47,265 bases of DNA, taken from assembly GCA_050011095.1 (NCBI GenBank), contig JBEKJU010000001.1, positions 1 through 47,265 on the forward strand, written 5' to 3'. Under the pieces are notes generated by a model. The model was not told the origin of the DNA. It saw only the letters and a list, made by a program, of their open reading frames with translations, and did no database searches. This stretch comes from Syntrophorhabdales bacterium (GTDB lineage Bacteria; Desulfobacterota; Syntrophorhabdia; Syntrophorhabdales; WCHB1-27). Shown in pieces: positions 15,870-24,949 of this stretch (positions within the stretch are counted from its first letter, which is position 1; the number at the start of each line of letters is the position of its first letter). The translations under genes were made by a program, and so were the position numbers.

Positions 15870-16537
15870 TCACCTTCAGCGCCCCTACCCTCGAACTTCA
15901 GCTCGAATGCTTCGATGGACCCCTCGCGGTTCTCGTCGGCCTCATCAAACGGAACAAGATCGATATCTTCGACATTCCCATCGGCTGGATCACGGAGCAA
16001 TTCCTCGAATATGTCCATCTGGTCGGGGAGATGAACCTCCGTATCGCCGAGGACTTCATCGAGATGGCATCATTGCTGATCTTCATCAAATCAAGGATGC
16101 TCCTTCCGGCGGAGGGCGAAGACCCTCGGGAGGAGCTTGTCGAGAGGATCATGGAATACGAGAAGATCAGGGCCATGGCGAAAAGCCTCGACCGCTTCCC
16201 CTTGCTCGGCAGGGATACCTTTGCGAGAAGCGCCGTCACAAAAGAAGAGGAAGGGGAGGACATGCTCGCCCTCTCCATCCTGTTTCTAAACCTCGTGAAG
16301 GGAAGACAGGAACGCTTCATCACCGTCGCGGAGATACGGCCTACCCTCGAAGAAAAGCTCGAAGAGATCACCCTGCGCCTCGAACAGGACGGAAGCTACG
16401 CCTTCGCCATGGATGCGGAGCGGGAACTCCGCGACAGGGTGGCGACCGTCCTCGCGATCCTTGAGATCACGAGGCTCAAGATCGCGCACGTATCGCAAAG
16501 ACGGCCATTTGGCCCTATAATACTCACAAGAAGGTGA
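15866..16537 (+). CDS. scpA: Segregation and condensation protein A (kleisin), probably starting at a non-canonical CTG that overlaps the upstream stop
   Basis: The conserved N-terminus FDGPLAVLVGLIKRNKIDIFDIPIGWITEQFLEYV lies upstream of the first ATG (16031). The frame has no ATG, GTG or TTG between the stop at 15380 and 16031. CTG at 15866 sits 5 nt after GGGAGGG and overlaps the TGA at 15867-15869. Confidence 0.75.
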   Translation: MITFSAPTLELQLECFDGPLAVLVGLIKRNKIDIFDIPIGWITEQFLEYVHLVGEMNLRIAEDFIEMASLLIFIKSRMLLPAEGEDPREELVERIMEYEKIRAMAKSLDRFPLLGRDTFARSAVTKEEEGEDMLALSILFLNLVKGRQERFITVAEIRPTLEEKLEEITLRLEQDGSYAFAMDAERELRDRVATVLAILEITRLKIAHVSQRRPFGPIILTRR

Positions 16538-16541
16538 AACC

Positions 16542-17411
16542 ATGCCCTGGAGTCGAAAAAAGAAGGCAATCCTGGTCATCCTGTCCCTGATCGTCCTCAT
16601 CTTTTTCGTTTTCCTCATTGCCGGCCTCGGCAAAAGACCGGCCGACCAGATCGGCGTTATCGAGATAGAAGGGGTCATATCCTCGTCCAAGGAGACCATG
16701 GAGGACATCGTGCGCTTCAAGGAAGACCCCTCGATCAAGGGGATCATCCTGAGGATAAACTCGCCGGGAGGGGGCGTCGGCCCCACGCAGGAGATCTACA
16801 GGGAAGTGGTGAAGCTGAGGGGCAAGAAGAAGGTCTACGTCTCCATGGGCACGACCTGCGCGTCGGGGGGCTACTACATCGCGGCGGCCGCGGACAAGCT
16901 CTATGCGAACCCCTCGACCATCACCGGGAGCATCGGCGTGATCATGCAGCTCATGGTAGTGGAGGACGTGCTCAAGAAGATCGGACTGAAAAGCAACACG
17001 ATCAAGGCGGGCGAATTCAAGGACGTGGGCTCGCCGTTCAGGAATATGACGCCCCCGGAAAGGCGTTACATGGACGGGATAATCCAGAGCATCTATGAAC
17101 AGTTCATGAAGGATATCGCAGCGGGAAGAAAGATGGATATGGAGAGGGTGAGAGGCCTCGCCCAGGGCAGGATCTACACGGGGAGCCAGGCAAAGGACCT
17201 CGGCCTTATAGATGGCCTGGGGAATTTCTACGACACGGTGGACGCCCTGAAGACAGCCCTTGGCATCAAGGGGAAGCCGACGCTCGTCTATACGGAAAAA
17301 CCCTTCTCCTTCTCGAAATGGATCTTCGGCTCCCTTTCGCGGGAGCTGGTGAACGGGCTTTTTTCTTCGCCCTTCAAGGTCATGGCGACGCCGTCGCAGG
17401 GCGGGCGCTGA
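16542..17411 (+). CDS. sppA: Signal peptide peptidase SppA, 36K type (S49)
   Basis: N-terminal TM helix. LRINSPGGGV and CASGGYYIAAAADKLYANPSTITGSIGV motifs. Confidence 0.9.
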   Translation: MPWSRKKKAILVILSLIVLIFFVFLIAGLGKRPADQIGVIEIEGVISSSKETMEDIVRFKEDPSIKGIILRINSPGGGVGPTQEIYREVVKLRGKKKVYVSMGTTCASGGYYIAAAADKLYANPSTITGSIGVIMQLMVVEDVLKKIGLKSNTIKAGEFKDVGSPFRNMTPPERRYMDGIIQSIYEQFMKDIAAGRKMDMERVRGLAQGRIYTGSQAKDLGLIDGLGNFYDTVDALKTALGIKGKPTLVYTEKPFSFSKWIFGSLSRELVNGLFSSPFKVMATPSQGGR

Positions 17412-17450
17412 AGCAACGGACCGGGCGGGCCAAAGGAGGCCCTCCGTCCG

Positions 17451-18245
17451 CTAACGCAGGACAGGCAGGTAGATGTTGAATTCGAGCGTCTCGCCCCGCC
17501 TGCCGCCCACACGCAACGCGCCGCGGTGCTCCTCGATGATCCGGCGGACCGCCGAACGGGCAAGGAGGATCCCCTTTCTGCCACGATGCCTGCCCGGCTC
17601 GCGCCTTTCGGCCCTCGATCGGGAGACGTCGTCGGAACGGACCGACAGGAGGCCGCATCTACTGTTTTCCGCCGCCCCCGCAACGCGGTTCTCCACCGGC
17701 ACGACCTTCGTCAGGATCGTCATGGTGCCTCCGCTCGTCATGACCCCGGAGAGGTGCTTTACGACGGTCGCGAAAACCCGGCCCATCTGCATGGGGTCCG
17801 CCATGACCCTCAGCTCCCCGTCCGAAAGCAGGGTCTGAAGGCGGATGCCCCTTTTCACGATGCCGGAAAGGAAGCGCGACATCTCCAGGATCAGGTGGTT
17901 GATATTTAGCGATGTCAGGGTGACCCTTCCCCTCTCGCCCACTGACATGAGACTGTTCGTGAGGCTCCTGCCTGTCTCCGCGTGGGCGAGGATGAGGCCC
18001 GCGTACTTTCTGAGCGGGTCTTTCCGGTCCATCTCCATCTGGAGGACCCTGCCGTAACCGGCGACGGCGCCCAGGACATCCTTGAAGCAGACCGCTATCT
18101 CGCATGCGACCCTCTCAAGCGCCTTTACCCCCAGGGAGCGCTGCAATGCCGCCTCGCTCCCGTAAAGCAACCGCTCCAGACGGTGGGCCGATCGTCTGGC
18201 CTTCTCCAGTTCCTCTATATGGTCTTCGCCGGTATAGTCGTCCAT
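17451..18245 (-). CDS. Degenerate histidine-kinase homologue (HisKA/HATPase fold, catalytic motifs lost)
   Basis: It aligns by eye with the GGIAHDFNNLL-type kinases. However the H-box reads CEIAVCFKDVL (His replaced by Val), the N-box reads TVVKHLSGV, and the G1/G2 boxes are replaced by RSDDVSRSR and RKGILLARS. The end of the fold, LEFNIYLP, is retained. Confidence 0.7.
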   Translation of the reverse strand: MDDYTGEDHIEELEKARRSAHRLERLLYGSEAALQRSLGVKALERVACEIAVCFKDVLGAVAGYGRVLQMEMDRKDPLRKYAGLILAHAETGRSLTNSLMSVGERGRVTLTSLNINHLILEMSRFLSGIVKRGIRLQTLLSDGELRVMADPMQMGRVFATVVKHLSGVMTSGGTMTILTKVVPVENRVAGAAENSRCGLLSVRSDDVSRSRAERREPGRHRGRKGILLARSAVRRIIEEHRGALRVGGRRGETLEFNIYLPVLR

Positions 18246-18648
18246 GCCTTCCCCCCTTGGTCTCGATTCAGCCGGATAAGGGTAACCCCGGACAAAGGCC
18301 TCCCTCTTTTCCGGTCCGCCTCCGCCGGATTTATCATTGAAGCAACCGCCATGCCAGGGGCCGGCGCGGCCGGAAACCGCGCGGGATTGCTCGCGGCAAA
18401 GAGGGGCCGGCTAAAAGAAAGGGGCAAGAAATGTCGAGCGATAACCGGCCCAGGAGACGAAAATGTCGGCCCTTCGCCCCTATTTTCCGGCCATCCGTCC
18501 GATCTCGACACCTATTTGCGTTTTCCGGAGCAGGTCTTATATTTCTCTTGTAAAGGCGAAAAGAGGCCATAACGGTGTTGACGCGGGATGATCCGGCCCC
18601 GTGCGCGAGATCGCAAAGCCCACGTCGTTCCCAGGGGGGTCACACCAT

Positions 18649-19032
18649 ATGGGCGACAGATTCGTGCTCGTAGTAGATGACGAGGGACTCGTCAAGGACT
18701 ACCTGGAGGAGGTCGTGGGACGGCACGGTTATCGCTCCGCCGCCTTCACCGACCCGCGAGAGGCGCTCGTTTTTTTTCAGATGAACACGACAAAAATAGA
18801 TATTGTCCTCGCCGACATCAGGATGCCCGGCATCTCGGGATACGACCTCGCCAAGGAGATGCTGAAGATCAACCCCTATATCCCGGTGATCCTCATCAGC
18901 GCCTACTTCCCCTCCCTGAATGCCGTCCAGGAGGCGCCCAATGTCAAGAGGGTTCTCAGTAAGCCCCTCTCGACAAAGCTACTCCTGGAGGCGATCGAGA
19001 CCGAGATCGGCGAGGCAGGCCACATGGCCTGA
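18649..19032 (+). CDS. Single-domain response regulator (CheY-like receiver)
   Basis: VVDDE, LADIRMPG, ISAY and SKP conserved positions. I prefer the ATG at 18649 over the GTG at 18601. Confidence 0.85.
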   Translation: MGDRFVLVVDDEGLVKDYLEEVVGRHGYRSAAFTDPREALVFFQMNTTKIDIVLADIRMPGISGYDLAKEMLKINPYIPVILISAYFPSLNAVQEAPNVKRVLSKPLSTKLLLEAIETEIGEAGHMA

Positions 19033-19167
19033 AGTCCGGTAGGGACAGGGCACAAGTTGCCCCGAAGGCAATTCAAACCCCCGCCCCGCGATTACCGGCC
19101 ATCCGAGAGGCGCGACCCGCTACGTGGGTACCCTGCGGCCGTCCCCTCATCGACTCGGTATTAGATA

Positions 19168-19195
19168 TTGACAGGAATGGCGATTCTATTATTAA
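19168..19195 (+). promoter_or_regulatory. Candidate promoter of tRNA-Leu (TTGACA-16-TATTAA)
   Basis: ttgaca 19168-19173, tattaa 19190-19195, about 40 nt upstream of the tRNA 5' end. Confidence 0.5.
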
Positions 19196-19234
19196 GTAAC
19201 GACAGACCGGCGTATTGCGCCGCATATGCGGATA

Positions 19235-19320
19235 GGCCCGATGGTGGAATGGCAGACACATCAGACTTAAAATCTGACGTCTGAAAGGACGTGCGGGTTC
19301 GACTCCCGCTCGGGCCACCA
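19235..19320 (+). tRNA. tRNA-Leu (anticodon UAA), class II with long variable arm, CCA encoded
   Basis: Folded by hand. Acceptor ggcccga/tcgggcc. Anticodon stem tcaga/tctga with loop cttaaaa (TAA at 19268-19270). Variable arm cgtc-tgaaag-gacg. T arm gcggg-ttcgact-cccgc. Discriminator A followed by CCA. Confidence 0.93.
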
Positions 19321-19334
19321 TAAACCCCCCGGAC

Positions 19335-20156
19335 ATGGTGCGTCACAGGATGAATAATTCCACGAACGGTCCCGACCTCATGGACCGCCCCGAGATCCTC
19401 GAAAGACTCTTTTTCCCGCGCCGGGCATCGCCGGACGAACTGACGTCCCCCTATGGCGCGAACCATACGATCGAGGTGGCATCCGGGGTTTCCCTGGGCT
19501 GCCGATTCTACCCGGCGGGGGCGAAGGCGCCCACGATCCTCTACTTCCACGGAAACGGGGAGATAGCCCCCGACTACGACTACACCGCCCACCTGTACCA
19601 GGAACGGGGGATCAACCTCTTTGTGGCGGACTATCGCGGCTACGGCGCGAGCACGGGCAACCCCACGTGCGCGAGCCTTATTCGCGATGCCCACCCCACC
19701 TTTCACGGCTTCGTCGCGTTTTTGGAGGACCGCGGCTATACGGGCAATCTCTTCGTCATGGGCCGGTCCCTTGGAAGCGCCCCGGCCATCGAGGTTGCTC
19801 TCCACTATCAACGGGTGCTCCGCGGGTTGATCGTGGAGAGCGGGTTTGCCCATACCCGGAACCAGTTAAGGAGATTGGGGGTGTCGCACCTCTTCAGGGA
19901 TATCCCCGATGTCGTCGGCTTCGGAAATGATCTGAAGATCAAAGAGATCACGATTCCCACCCTGATCATTCACGGAGAAGAGGACGAGATCATCCCCGTT
20001 GACGAGGGACGGGCCCTTTACGCCCTCTCGGGCGCCTCCCGAAAGACTCTCCTCCTCATACCCCGAGCGGGCCACAATGACCTGATGGTATACGGCCTCG
20101 CGGCATATATGCGGGCCATCGAGACGTTTGCGTCCTCTTCGGTATCGCCCCTTTGA
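19335..20156 (+). CDS. Alpha/beta hydrolase
   Basis: Nucleophile elbow GRSLGS. HGEEDEIIP and GHND complete a Ser-Asp-His pattern. The start is uncertain (ATG candidates at 19335, 19350 and 19380), and the gene begins only 14 nt after the tRNA. Confidence 0.85.
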   Translation: MVRHRMNNSTNGPDLMDRPEILERLFFPRRASPDELTSPYGANHTIEVASGVSLGCRFYPAGAKAPTILYFHGNGEIAPDYDYTAHLYQERGINLFVADYRGYGASTGNPTCASLIRDAHPTFHGFVAFLEDRGYTGNLFVMGRSLGSAPAIEVALHYQRVLRGLIVESGFAHTRNQLRRLGVSHLFRDIPDVVGFGNDLKIKEITIPTLIIHGEEDEIIPVDEGRALYALSGASRKTLLLIPRAGHNDLMVYGLAAYMRAIETFASSSVSPL

Positions 20157-20196
20157 GCAGGTGACAGCGGGGATACCCCCTTTTGAGGGCGGCTTA

Positions 20197-21300
20197 CTAC
20201 GAATGCCCCTTCCGGCCTTTCGAGAGGGTGTCGAAGAATGAGACGAGGTCCGTCCTCGTTCCTTCGAGCGTGAAGTTCGCGGCAACCTTCAGCCCCTCGC
20301 GGACACACCTTTCCCGGAAGGCGCTGTCCGCGATGAATCTCATGACGCCCTCCGCGATCAGGCCGGGTGAGTGCTGAGGCACGAAACAGGCGAAATCACG
20401 GGCATCGCCCATGTTCCTGTAGCTCGATATGTCGGTGAGGATCGCCGGGACACCCGAGGCAAAAGCCTCGACAGCGGGGAGGCCGAACCCTTCACCCTCC
20501 AGGGAAGAGGAGATGAAGATGTCCGATCCGCGGTAAAGCTCCGCCATTTGTCCTTCCGCGAGCCCCTTCAGGAACACGTCGACCACCCGGCCCTCTTCCT
20601 CGCCGGGGTCTGTCGGCGAGACCCTCACAAGCTCCACGGGGACGCCCCTGCCTTTCAGCATCCGCACCGCCTCGAGCGTGTCGGGGATGCCCTTGAAGCC
20701 CACGTGGGCGGAGCCGACCGAGAGGAGCCTTATCTTCGCGCCGCCCCAGACCCTGGTCGTGTCGGGATGGAACACGGCCACGTCGATTCCGTTCCTAATC
20801 AACGCGCAGGGCTGTCCGTAGCGGCCGGCTACCAGGGCCGCGAGGTGTTTCGAGACGGCCGCTTTGACCGTAGGCAGCGCATAGACGCGCTCGAACCCCC
20901 TTATCCTCCGTCTGAATTTGGCCTTGTCCCTCCACGTCCTGAACCTCCCGCACCACCCCCTTCTCCTGTATCGATCGGTGACCGCTTCCCCCCTGAGGCG
21001 CGCCTCGTAGTCGGTCGGCTCGTACCCCTGGCAGAGATGCACGACAATGCCCTTCAATCCCGTATGCAGCTCGTACACATCGCTCGCATTCGTGCCCACA
21101 TATATGTCGCAGGCCGGCATCTCCGCCATCCCTCCGATCCGTGTGATCTCGGGCGCCTTTTCCATGGTCCATTGATGGTCGATAATTTTTGTGACGAGCA
21201 GGGCGTCGTAGCCCGCGGCCTTAAGGAGGGAGACGTGCTGGAGCATCACCTTTACCCCTCCCGAAAGACCTGTGTGCCTGATGTAGTAAGCGATCTTCAT
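20197..21300 (-). CDS. Glycosyltransferase family 4 (GT-B, Glycos_transf_1)
   Basis: C-terminal EGEGFGLPAVEAFASGVP (E-x7-E) motif. GGAGGG lies upstream of the ATG at 21300. Confidence 0.9.
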   Translation of the reverse strand: MKIAYYIRHTGLSGGVKVMLQHVSLLKAAGYDALLVTKIIDHQWTMEKAPEITRIGGMAEMPACDIYVGTNASDVYELHTGLKGIVVHLCQGYEPTDYEARLRGEAVTDRYRRRGWCGRFRTWRDKAKFRRRIRGFERVYALPTVKAAVSKHLAALVAGRYGQPCALIRNGIDVAVFHPDTTRVWGGAKIRLLSVGSAHVGFKGIPDTLEAVRMLKGRGVPVELVRVSPTDPGEEEGRVVDVFLKGLAEGQMAELYRGSDIFISSSLEGEGFGLPAVEAFASGVPAILTDISSYRNMGDARDFACFVPQHSPGLIAEGVMRFIADSAFRERCVREGLKVAANFTLEGTRTDLVSFFDTLSKGRKGHS

Positions 21301-21338
21301 TTACCCTCCGCGAAAGAACGGAGCTTAGGGCTCGGAAG

Positions 21339-21475
21339 GAAATAAATGAGTCAGATGGCGAAGGATTTTTGGCCGATCCGCGAGGCGCGGAAAGGCCAAA
21401 TGTACTGGATGTACATGACCTTTTCGCAACGAAGCGGGCGGACAAAAAGACGAGCCAGATGGCCCATTTATTTTC
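21339..21475. repeat. Imperfect ~22-bp inverted repeats flanking an AT-richer intergenic segment that holds a strong hairpin and an ATGTACAT palindrome
   Basis: Left arm gaaataaatgagtcagatggc at 21339-21359. Right arm gccagatggcccatttattttc at 21454-21475, with roughly three quarters of positions complementary. Hairpin tttggcc..ccgcg-agg-cgcgg..ggccaaa at 21368-21400. atgtactggatgtacat at 21400-21416. Confidence 0.4.
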
Positions 21476-21496
21476 TGACGAGCCCTTATCTCCACT

Positions 21497-21513
21497 GGGG
21501 CTCAGCGCCCCCT
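21497..21513. repeat. Second exact copy of the 17-mer hairpin ggggctcagcgccccct (first copy at 228-244)
   Basis: Identical 17-mers read at 228-244 and 21497-21513. Each lies shortly downstream of the stop of a minus-strand gene. Confidence 0.6.
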
Positions 21514-21554
21514 CCGGCAGCGGAGCCGCCGCTCACCCGGCCGGCCCTTCTTCT

Positions 21555-22859
21555 CTACCTCCCGCTTACCTTCAGGCCCTCTATGAGGAGCGTCGGGGAG
21601 CCGTAGGAGCCGTAGAACGTGAGGTCCCGCCCCACGGCCGACACCTGGCCGAAAAGCTCGAAGAGATTGCCCGAGAGCATGACGCCCTTGAAGGGGGTGC
21701 GGACGCCTCCCGAGTGGTAGTGGCCTATGGCGCCGACGGAGAAATCTCCGGTGACGCTGTTTGCCGTGTGGGTGCCCATCAATTCCTCGACCACGATCCA
21801 GTCTCCCGACGGCTCTTCGCCGCCGGCCGGTCCGGCCTCGATGAAAAAACCCTTCGAGGCGCATCTCGGCGGTTCCTTGACGCCCGACCTGCCGGCATTC
21901 CCGGTGGACGCCCTGTTCATCCGCTTTCCGTAATACGTATCATAGAGGAAGCCCTGGAAGACGCCATCCTTCACCAGCACGCTCTCCTGGGACGGCACGC
22001 CTTCCCCGTCGAAGGGAAACGCGCCCATCCCCCTCGTACCCGAATCGACGATGGTGAGAAGGTCGGAAAAACACTTCGTGCCCACCTTGTCCCTCAGGCG
22101 CGTCATATTTTTATAGAGATTCTCCCCGAGAAAGGAGGGGGATAGTATCTCAAGCGCCTGGCACGCGGCCGCGGGGGTCAAAAGGCCGCGATAGACGCCG
22201 GTCGCGAGGACCTCGCCCGAGAGAAAGGAGAGCGTCTTTTCCGCTACCCGCCGCCCGAGTTTCGGTCCGTCCAGCTCTCCGTACCGGGACGCCCAGGACC
22301 AGTCGTACCAGGAAACCTCATCATTCCCGTTCTTTGCGACCGCCATGGCGGAGAGGGCGTAGATTGTCTTCTTCGCGCCCGCCTCGATCCCGTTAGAATT
22401 GATGATGTCCACGGAAAGCTCCGATTCATGAAGCTCACAATTTCTCGTCGTCGTAATCCGTTTGTCGTATGTCCGGATGATCGACTCCATCTCCAGAAGC
22501 GACGCGATCTTCACGTCATCGGCAATCGCGAGCCCCGGCTCATCGAAGATGTCGAGGTCCGGATATTGCCCGTATGCGGAGGGAAGCACGGAGTCGCGGT
22601 CCTCCTCCAAAAAGGGGGTCAGGGCGATGACATTCCCCACAAGGTCCGAGGCTGCCTTCTCCCCTTTTTCGAAGGTGAAGGAGAAACACATCCGCCCGTC
22701 CTTGATGCACCGGAGGGCGATGCCCTCTTCCTCCTTCAGGTCCATCGTGAGGAGCTTGCCTTCGGCGGCCTCATACCTCTTCGCCCGCTCCTTGACGAAA
22801 CAAAGCTCCCAGCCCTCGAAGGCGCCTTGCATGCGGCGTGTCCAGAACCGAGTCTCCAT
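21555..22859 (-). CDS. TldD/PmbA family metalloprotease component
   Basis: 434 aa with overall TldD/PmbA architecture (N-terminal GIALRCIKDG.., C-terminal GDFSVGAIGHYHSGG...SPTLLIEGLKVSG). AGGAGAAGGAGG lies upstream of the ATG. Confidence 0.88.
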   Translation of the reverse strand: METRFWTRRMQGAFEGWELCFVKERAKRYEAAEGKLLTMDLKEEEGIALRCIKDGRMCFSFTFEKGEKAASDLVGNVIALTPFLEEDRDSVLPSAYGQYPDLDIFDEPGLAIADDVKIASLLEMESIIRTYDKRITTTRNCELHESELSVDIINSNGIEAGAKKTIYALSAMAVAKNGNDEVSWYDWSWASRYGELDGPKLGRRVAEKTLSFLSGEVLATGVYRGLLTPAAACQALEILSPSFLGENLYKNMTRLRDKVGTKCFSDLLTIVDSGTRGMGAFPFDGEGVPSQESVLVKDGVFQGFLYDTYYGKRMNRASTGNAGRSGVKEPPRCASKGFFIEAGPAGGEEPSGDWIVVEELMGTHTANSVTGDFSVGAIGHYHSGGVRTPFKGVMLSGNLFELFGQVSAVGRDLTFYGSYGSPTLLIEGLKVSGR

Positions 22860-22890
22860 GTGAACCTCCTTCTCCTGTATGACCGGAATT

Positions 22891-23349
22891 TTACGGCAGG
22901 CGCGCGATCATCGCCACTTCATCGCACAGGGGGAATTTCGGGCACTTCACACAGTCCGTCCAGATCTTCTGGGGAAGCTCCCGCTTCTCCACTTCTTCGA
23001 ACCCGAGCCGCCTGAAGAATGAATGGCGATAGGTCAAAACGAAGAGCCTCCTCAGGGCGAATTCCTTCGCCTCTTCCATACACGCCCTCACGAGTTCGCC
23101 CCCCACGCCGCGGTGCCGGCCCGCCTCGACGACGCAGAGGGACCTTATCTCGGCCAGGTCCTCCCAGCATATGTGGAGGGCGCACGCGCCCGCGACCTTA
23201 CCCGTTTCCCGGTCCTCGTAGACGACATAGTCGCGCATATTGTCGTAGAGCTCGGCGAGCGACCGGGGAAGCATCTCGCCCCGTTCGGCGCACGAGTTGA
23301 TCAACCGGTGGATAAGCGTAATGTCATGAATGCGTGCCTTCCTGAGCAT
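22891..23349 (-). CDS. GNAT-family N-acetyltransferase (short ArgA-like)
   Basis: Acetyl-CoA motif RHRGVGGELV. 152 aa. The start overlaps the recN stop by 26 nt. Confidence 0.85.
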   Translation of the reverse strand: MLRKARIHDITLIHRLINSCAERGEMLPRSLAELYDNMRDYVVYEDRETGKVAGACALHICWEDLAEIRSLCVVEAGRHRGVGGELVRACMEEAKEFALRRLFVLTYRHSFFRRLGFEEVEKRELPQKIWTDCVKCPKFPLCDEVAMIARLP

Positions 23350-24946
23350 GCTTCAGCATCTCCTCCGCCTGTTCAAGCGTTTTTTCCGTAATAGTGATGC
23401 CCGCGAGCATCCGCGCCACCTCCTCGGTCCGCTCGCGGCCCGAGAGCTCCCTGATCGACGTGCGGGTCGCCGCCTCCCCCTGGTGCTTCATGACGAGGAA
23501 GTGGTGGTCCCCGTAGACGGCGATCTGGGGGAGATGGGTAATGCAGATCACCTGGTGCTTCCCTGACAGCTCCCTAAGCCTCCTGCCCACCACCTCGGCG
23601 ACCCTGCCGCCGATGCCGGCGTCGATCTCGTCGAAGACATAGGTCTTATCCTCATCGCCGCCGGTGATCCGCTTGATGGCGAGCATGATCCTCGAAAGCT
23701 CGCCGCCGGAGGCGACCCGGCGAAGGGGCTTCAAGGGTTCGCCGGGGTTCGCGGAGAGGAGGAACTCCACCTCGTCCGCGCCGTCCTCGCCGATAGAGCC
23801 GCTGTCCGTAATCCGGACCTCGAATTGCACACCCTTCATGGAGAGCGAGGCAAGCTCCGTCATCACGAGGCGCTCGATCTCCCGCGCCCCTTTTCTCCTC
23901 GACGCGGACAAATCACCCGCCATCGCCTCGAGTCCGGCCGCGAGCGCTGCCCTTTCCTCTTCAAGCCCCGCCGCGTCCGTCCTGGCATGGAGAAGGTCAT
24001 CGAGACGCCCGCGCGCCCTTTCCTCGAATCCCTTCACGCCGCCTTCCGCCCTGCCGTACTTCTCCTTGAGCCTCTGGACCGTCGCGAGCCGCTCTTCCAG
24101 CTCTTCCAGCTCGTCCGGCTCATAATCGAGGCTCCTCTCCCTTTCCCTGATCGACGCGGCCACATCCTCCACGTCGAAAGAGAGGCCTTCCATCCTCTTT
24201 TTGAGCGCCTCTATCCATTCGATCCCCGAAAACGGCCTGAGGAGGGACGCGAACGCCGCGAGCGACGCGTAGACGGACTGCTCCTCTTCGTAGAGCCCCC
24301 TGCCGATGGCCCCGATGCTGCTCTTTATCCGCGAGGCGTCCTTCAGCACCTTCAGCCTCTCCCTCACGTGGTCCTCTTCGCCTTCCCCGATGGCTACCCT
24401 TTCGATCTCGTCGATCTGGAACGCGAGAAGCTCGATCTCCTTTTCCTGCCCCTCGGCGGCCTTTTTTCCCGCCTCCAGGTCCCGGCTCAACTCGGCAAGG
24501 CGCCTCACCAGGCCCGATAGGGCCTCTCTCCGGCCTGCCAGGCCGAGAAACCCGTCGACCAGGCCGACATAGTTCTCCTTCCCGAGGAGCTGCTGGGACT
24601 CGTTCTGGCCGTACACGTGGACGAGGAGGTCCCCCAGCTCTTCCAGCCTTTTCGCAGTCACGGGGCCTTCGTTCACGTAGGCCCGCGACCTGCCCTGGCT
24701 GCCGATGATCCTTCTTAGGATATACTCCTCGCCTCCGCGGAAACAATGGCCCACGACCTCCGCGTGCTCCGCCGCGCCCCGGACCACGTCGGAGGAGACC
24801 CTAGCGGTGATGAGCGAGGAAAGGGCGTTGATGATGATCGATTTTCCCGCGCCCGTTTCGCCGGTGATCACGTTGAGCCCGTCGCCGAACTCCACGTCCA
24901 GCTCGTCGATAATGGCGAAGCCCCTCACCCGCAGGAATGCGAGCAT
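23324..24946 (-). CDS. recN: DNA repair protein RecN
   Basis: Walker A GETGAGKS, long coiled-coil middle, signature ASGGELSR, Walker B YVFDEIDAGIGG. Confidence 0.93.
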   Translation of the reverse strand: MLAFLRVRGFAIIDELDVEFGDGLNVITGETGAGKSIIINALSSLITARVSSDVVRGAAEHAEVVGHCFRGGEEYILRRIIGSQGRSRAYVNEGPVTAKRLEELGDLLVHVYGQNESQQLLGKENYVGLVDGFLGLAGRREALSGLVRRLAELSRDLEAGKKAAEGQEKEIELLAFQIDEIERVAIGEGEEDHVRERLKVLKDASRIKSSIGAIGRGLYEEEQSVYASLAAFASLLRPFSGIEWIEALKKRMEGLSFDVEDVAASIRERERSLDYEPDELEELEERLATVQRLKEKYGRAEGGVKGFEERARGRLDDLLHARTDAAGLEEERAALAAGLEAMAGDLSASRRKGAREIERLVMTELASLSMKGVQFEVRITDSGSIGEDGADEVEFLLSANPGEPLKPLRRVASGGELSRIMLAIKRITGGDEDKTYVFDEIDAGIGGRVAEVVGRRLRELSGKHQVICITHLPQIAVYGDHHFLVMKHQGEAATRTSIRELSGRERTEEVARMLAGITITEKTLEQAEEMLKHAQEGTHS

Positions 24947-24949
24947 GCC

